Shown here: positions 59,512 to 64,000 of the stretch, piece after piece
Numbering within the stretch: position 1 is the first letter of the stretch
How the letters are laid out: every line of letters begins with the position of its first letter
Assembly (NCBI GenBank): GCA_965116905.1
Contig: OZ220732.1
Span: forward strand, 768,001-832,000
DNA length: 64,000 bases
Reading direction: 5' to 3'
DNA from: Longimicrobiales bacterium
Lineage (GTDB): Bacteria > Gemmatimonadota > Gemmatimonadetes > Longimicrobiales > Gaopeijiaceae
The notes under the pieces: generated by a model
Told to the model about the DNA's origin: nothing
Databases searched by the model: none
Seen by the model: the letters and a program-made list of their open reading frames with translations, nothing else
Made by a program: the position numbers and the translations under genes

Positions 59512-60939
59512 ATGACCAGAACGCTTCCCCCAACGCTTCCCCCGACCCTCGGCCAGCTGAAAGCCGCCGGGTACCGGCCGAGGACGGTCCGGGACGAGCT
59601 CCGCGCCAACCTGATCCGCAAGCTCGAGGCCGGCGAAACCCTCTTTCCGGGCGTCCACGGCTACGAGGACACCGTGATTCCGCAGCTGGCGAACGCCATT
59701 CTGGCCCGCCACGACTTCATCCTGCTGGGGCTGCGGGGGCAGGCGAAGTCGCGGATTCTCCGGCAACTGGCCGACCTGCTGGACCGTCACATGCCGATCA
59801 TCGCGGGCAGCGAGGTGAACGACGACCCGCTCGCCCCGATCTCGAAGTTCGGACGGCAGATGGTCGCGGAGCACGGCGACGACACGCCCCTCGAGTGGCT
59901 GGAACGCGATCAGCGGTACCTGGAGAAGCTGGCGACGCCCGACGTGACCATCGCCGACATGATCGGCGACCTGGATCCGATCAAGGCGGCGCGCGGCGGC
60001 TACCTCCTGTCGGACGAGCTCACGATTCACTACGGGATTCTGCCGCGCGCGAACCGCGGCATCTTCGCGATGAACGAACTGCCGGACCTGTCGCCGCGGA
60101 TCCAGGTGGGGCTGTTCAACATCCTCGAAGAGGGCGACGTGCAGATCAAGGGATATCCGGTGCGCATGAAGCTGGACGTCGTGATCGCCTTCACCGCGAA
60201 CCCGGAGGACTACACCGCGCGCGGCAAGATCATCACGCCGCTTAAGGACCGGATCTCGGCCGAGGTGCGCACCCACTACCCGAAGGTGCTGGACACGGGC
60301 GTGCAGATCACCGCGCAGGAGGCGTGGGTCGACCGGGAGGATTGCCGGCCGGTCACGATCCCCGATTTCGTGCGCGAGGTGGCCGAGCGGGTCGCGTTCC
60401 TGGGCCGCATGGAAAAGCGTATCGACCAGCGCAGCGGCGTGAGCCAGCGGCTCCCGATCGCGGTGATCGAGACCGTGGTGTCGAGCGCCGAGCGCCGCGC
60501 GATCCGCCAGAAGGAGGACGCGGTGATCCCCCGGATCGGGGACATCTACGCGTCGCTGCCCGCGATCACCGGCAAGCTGGAGCTGGAGTACGAGGGAGAG
60601 CTGCACGGCGCGGCCCGGATCGGGCGCGAACTGGTGTCGGCGGCAGCGGGCGCGACCTTCGACGCGCGGGCCGGCGGCGCCGATCTCGATTCGGTGGTGG
60701 ACTACTTCGAGGGCGGCGGCGTGATGCAGGTCTCGGAGGACGCCGCGGCGACCGCGTGCGTGCAGGGCTTCGGCCAGGTGCCGGGCCTGCTCGAAGCGAC
60801 CGAGATGGTCGGGCTCGCGCCGGCCGAGAGCGAGGACGGGCTCAAGGCGGCGGCGTGCGAGCTCGTGCTGGAAGGACTGGTCGCCAACCGGCGGATCAGC
60901 CGGACCCGCGGCGGCGGTTACCGCGCAGCCACTCCCTGA
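59512..60939 (+). CDS. Mg-chelatase-like AAA+ ATPase
   Basis: GLRGQAKS, EKLATPD, NELPDL, TANPEDYT.RG. Confidence 0.9.
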   Translation: MTRTLPPTLPPTLGQLKAAGYRPRTVRDELRANLIRKLEAGETLFPGVHGYEDTVIPQLANAILARHDFILLGLRGQAKSRILRQLADLLDRHMPIIAGSEVNDDPLAPISKFGRQMVAEHGDDTPLEWLERDQRYLEKLATPDVTIADMIGDLDPIKAARGGYLLSDELTIHYGILPRANRGIFAMNELPDLSPRIQVGLFNILEEGDVQIKGYPVRMKLDVVIAFTANPEDYTARGKIITPLKDRISAEVRTHYPKVLDTGVQITAQEAWVDREDCRPVTIPDFVREVAERVAFLGRMEKRIDQRSGVSQRLPIAVIETVVSSAERRAIRQKEDAVIPRIGDIYASLPAITGKLELEYEGELHGAARIGRELVSAAAGATFDARAGGADLDSVVDYFEGGGVMQVSEDAAATACVQGFGQVPGLLEATEMVGLAPAESEDGLKAAACELVLEGLVANRRISRTRGGGYRAATP

Positions 60940-62140
60940 GCAGCGCCCCGATCTTCTGCTGCGCGACGGGAAGCGCCCATTCGTCGAGGCGGTCGGGGTG
61001 CACCCAGGCGTGGTCGGTGGGCGCGGACGGGTCCGTGGGCGCGGCGGCGAGCGCGCCCTCTTCCGCGGGGGCGGCAGCGAGTGCGGGTGCGCCCTCGTCC
61101 CCCCCGGCGGCGACCCTCACGATGACGGGCCGGTAGGTCGCGCGAAGGTGTGTGAAGGCGTGGGTGACGGGTTCGAGCCGCGGGCCCGGGGTGCCTGTGA
61201 GGCCCAGGTCGGGAAGGCCCAGGTCGCGGAGCGCGGGGAGCGCCGCGAGCGCGGGGAGCGCGGTCAGGGCCGGGAACTCCCACATGCCGGCGAGAAGGCC
61301 GGTCGGCGGGCGTTTGACGAGGAGGGTGCGGGGGTAGCCGTCGCCGCCACCGTGGCTCGCCGCCGCGTCGGGCCGGTCCGGGGCATCCGCCACCACCACC
61401 GCGACCGCGTACTCGACCCTCCGCACGCGCCGGCGCACACTCGGTGACGGGCGCGCCGCCACCGTCCCCGCAGCGAGGGCGCCGCACTCCTTCCCCACAG
61501 GACAAACACCGCAGCGAGGAGTGCGCGGTGTGCATACGGTGGCCCCCAGCTCCATCAGGGCCTCGTTGAAGTCACCCGGGCGGTCGGGGTCGATGAGGCG
61601 CGTGGCTTCGTCGCGCAGGTGGGCCGGTGTCGGGTCCCCCAGGTCGAGCAGCCGGGACAGGACGCGCCGTACGTTGCCGTCGACCGCCGGCACCGCCTGC
61701 CCGAACGCGATGCTTGCCACCGCTCCGGCCGTGTATTCGCCCACGCCCGGCAGGCTGCGGAGTTCGCGCGGGTCCTCGGGCAGCCGTCCGCCGTACCGCT
61801 CGCACACCATCTTCGCCGACCGGTGCAGGTTGCGCGCGCGTCCGTAGTACCCGAGTCCCTTCCATTCGAGCAGGATTTCGTCGTTCGATGCGCCCGCGAG
61901 CGACCGCCAGTCGGGGAATCGCTCCAGCCAGCGGCGATAGTACGGGGTCACGGTCTCGACGCGGGTCTGCTGAAGCATGAACTCGGCCACCGCCACGCGG
62001 TAGGGCGTCCGGTCGCGGCGCCAGGGGAGGTCGCGGCGATGCCGGTCGAAGTGATCCAGCAGCCTGCGCCGGAACGCGGCCGGATCGATCCGGTTTGCAG
62101 GCTCGGCTGTTCGGGTTCTACTCTTCGTCATGCGCTTCAC
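60896..62140 (-). CDS. mutY: A/G-specific adenine glycosylase
   Basis: RDLPWR, EFMLQQT, W.GLGYY.RARNL, LPGVGEYTA, VDGNV.RV, C-x6-C-x2-C-x5-C. Confidence 0.95.
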   Translation of the reverse strand: MKRMTKSRTRTAEPANRIDPAAFRRRLLDHFDRHRRDLPWRRDRTPYRVAVAEFMLQQTRVETVTPYYRRWLERFPDWRSLAGASNDEILLEWKGLGYYGRARNLHRSAKMVCERYGGRLPEDPRELRSLPGVGEYTAGAVASIAFGQAVPAVDGNVRRVLSRLLDLGDPTPAHLRDEATRLIDPDRPGDFNEALMELGATVCTPRTPRCGVCPVGKECGALAAGTVAARPSPSVRRRVRRVEYAVAVVVADAPDRPDAAASHGGGDGYPRTLLVKRPPTGLLAGMWEFPALTALPALAALPALRDLGLPDLGLTGTPGPRLEPVTHAFTHLRATYRPVIVRVAAGGDEGAPALAAAPAEEGALAAAPTDPSAPTDHAWVHPDRLDEWALPVAQQKIGALLREWLRGNRRRGSG

Positions 62141-63431
62141 GACCTATACGAAGTACCGCAAGAGCTGGCTGGACGCGCTCAACCTGGAGGGCCTCATGGA
62201 GATGCTCTCCGACTTTCTGCTGGACGGAGGCTTCGCCGGCGGTCCCCACTTCCACCCGTACTGGGGCTGGTCCGGTCTGGAGGATACGGCTTCGCTCGAT
62301 GCGCTGAAACAGGCGCTGCTGCGTGCGCTGGTCCAGAGCGGCCAGCTGACGCCCGAGATGATCGAGGAGCTTCGCGGCGAGGGCCCCGGCAATCCGGAGG
62401 TGCAGCAGGAGATCGCGGATCTGCTCGACGAGCTCGTTCAGAAGATGATCGAAGAGGGCTACATCACGCTGACCGGCGAGCCGTCCGGCTCCGCGGGCGC
62501 CACCGGAGACGCCACAGGCACCGGCCACGTCGACGATGCCCGCGAGGCCGCGCGCGGGGTCAACTTCAACCTCACCAGCCGCGGACTCGACTTCCTCGGA
62601 TACCGCGCGCTGCGCAACCTGCTGGGGTCGATGGGGAAGTCGAGCATCGGCGCCCACGAGACCCGCGAATACGCCACGGGCGTCGAGTCGGACGCCGGGA
62701 GCAAGCCCTGGGAATTCGGCGACACGCTGAACCTGGACATCCCCGAGACGCTGAAGAAGACGATCGCCCGCGAGGGGCTGCCGCCGCCGGGGAGCGAGGT
62801 CGCCCTGCCCCTCGACTACAAGGACCTGATGGTGCACCAGACCGACTATCGGTCCTCGTGCGCCACGGTCATCATGCTGGACATTTCGCACTCGATGATC
62901 CTCTATGGCGAGGACCGGTTCTCGCCCGCGAAGAAGGTGGCGCTGGCCCTGTCGCACCTGATCCGCACCGAGTTCCCCGGCGATTCGCTGCGCGTCGTGA
63001 CTTTCGGGGACCGTGCGCAGGAGATTCCGCTGGGCGAGCTGCCGAAGGCCCAGGTCGGCCCCTTCCACACGAACACGGCCGAGGGGCTCGAGGTGGCGCG
63101 CAGGATCCTGACGACGCAGAAGAAGGACATGCGCCAGATCATCATGATCACCGACGGCAAGCCGACCGCGATCACCCTCAAGCGGGGCCGGGTCTACAAG
63201 AACTCGGGCGGACTCGACCGCAACATCCTGCGCGCGACCTATCGCGAAGTCGCCGCCTGCAGACGCTCGGGGATCCCGATCAACACCTTCATGCTGGCGG
63301 ACGACCCCTACCTGGTCCGCTTCGTGCGCGAAGTGGCGAAGATCGCGCGCGGGAAGGCCTACTTCACCTCCACGATGACCCTCGGCCAGCACATCGTGAT
63401 GGACTTTCTTCGGAAGCGGCGGGCGGCGTAG
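62130..63431 (+). CDS. VWA domain protein (partner of the AAA ATPase)
   Basis: MIDAS DISHS, TNT, ITDGKP. Confidence 0.9.
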   Translation: MRFTTYTKYRKSWLDALNLEGLMEMLSDFLLDGGFAGGPHFHPYWGWSGLEDTASLDALKQALLRALVQSGQLTPEMIEELRGEGPGNPEVQQEIADLLDELVQKMIEEGYITLTGEPSGSAGATGDATGTGHVDDAREAARGVNFNLTSRGLDFLGYRALRNLLGSMGKSSIGAHETREYATGVESDAGSKPWEFGDTLNLDIPETLKKTIAREGLPPPGSEVALPLDYKDLMVHQTDYRSSCATVIMLDISHSMILYGEDRFSPAKKVALALSHLIRTEFPGDSLRVVTFGDRAQEIPLGELPKAQVGPFHTNTAEGLEVARRILTTQKKDMRQIIMITDGKPTAITLKRGRVYKNSGGLDRNILRATYREVAACRRSGIPINTFMLADDPYLVRFVREVAKIARGKAYFTSTMTLGQHIVMDFLRKRRAA

Positions 63432-63573
63432 CTTCCTGGCCCCCTATTGCAAGGCGTAGTGTGTCCTACTGCCTACGGAAGCCGTCGTGCTCTTAGTTTA
63501 GCTTAGCTCGTAACCTGAACCAACAGCACGACGGCGGCTGCGGCAACTGTTGGCGACCCGCCCTCGGTCTTCC

Positions 63574-63999
63574 CTACCCGCCCTCGGTCACCCCCTCGAA
63601 CGCCTCCGGGTTGATCGCGGCGGCGCGCCTGGCACGCAGCTCCGGCATGACGTCCTTGCGCGAGAAGCGTTCCAGGAACAGCCCTTCGATCGTCAGGCCG
63701 AAGACCGCAAGGCCCACCCCGAGCACCGCCCCCGTCACCCCCGCGTCCGCCACGAAGAACGCGGCCGCGACGATGCTGCCGACGCGCAGAACGGCTCCGG
63801 CCCCGACCACGCCCGTCCGGCCGGAGCGCACGAAGAGGCCCTGGTAGTACTGGCGCAGACCGTACAGGAAGGGATACGCCGCGGCGATCGGCAGGGCGGC
63901 GCCGGCCAGCGCGACCAGGTCAGAATCCAGCGCGAAGACGTAGCGGAGCAGCGGCTCGCGAATCGCGGGCAGCGCCAGGATCAGGAGGGTGGCCACCAT
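63574..63999 (-). CDS. C-terminal part of a MATE-like transporter (truncated by the window)
   Basis: Several TM helices; runs off the right edge. Confidence 0.6.
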   Translation of the reverse strand: MVATLLILALPAIREPLLRYVFALDSDLVALAGAALPIAAAYPFLYGLRQYYQGLFVRSGRTGVVGAGAVLRVGSIVAAAFFVADAGVTGAVLGVGLAVFGLTIEGLFLERFSRKDVMPELRARRAAAINPEAFEGVTEGG

Positions 64000-64000
64000 C

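Noticed and set aside
58245..63496. Long ORFs 58245-60245, 59191-60606, 61619-63496 and 62118-63392
   Set aside because: Shadows of ETF-QO, the AAA ATPase, mutY and the VWA gene; Arg/Gly/Pro-rich with no motifs.
1..64000. CRISPR array, tRNA, rRNA or intact integrase
   Set aside because: No regularly spaced short repeats, cas genes, recognisable structural RNAs or recombinase motifs seen by eye.

Overview
GC-rich bacterial DNA. The Ig/carboxypeptidase-regulatory lipoproteins, 6-bladed propellers and VPS10-like hydrolase suggest Gemmatimonadota (inference). About 3.3-43.4 kb is a dense defence island. In order it carries: a DUF5131/TcmP pair; IetAS (S8 protease + AAA); an XRE-linked bacterial ubiquitin operon (Ubl-GG, Ser-type E2, JAB-E1 fusion) with a HEPN-like gene behind it; GmrSD; McrBC-like genes (mcrB frameshifted); an orphaned dinJ; vsr-dcm-GHKL-methyltransferase; a decayed IS21; DUF262-HEPN; an unusual four-gene operon (unknown protein, QueC-like enzyme, HTH-IrrE, PIN); a Type ISP-like RM enzyme; and an ABC-ATPase/DUF3226 pair. 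In the left half the cassettes are separated by three ~0.7 kb diverged copies of one 5'-truncated gene plus partial copies. A 45-bp palindromic direct repeat brackets a 10.4 kb block. From ~43.6 kb on the genes are mostly core-like (VPS10-type hydrolase, propellers, qor, ETF-QO, AAA/VWA, mutY, MATE), with one inactivated toxin-antitoxin pair. No rRNA, tRNA, CRISPR array or intact integrase was seen. The best candidates for undescribed biology are the QueC-partner-IrrE-PIN operon and the repeat-delimited cassette array. All family assignments come from motif recognition, not database searches.
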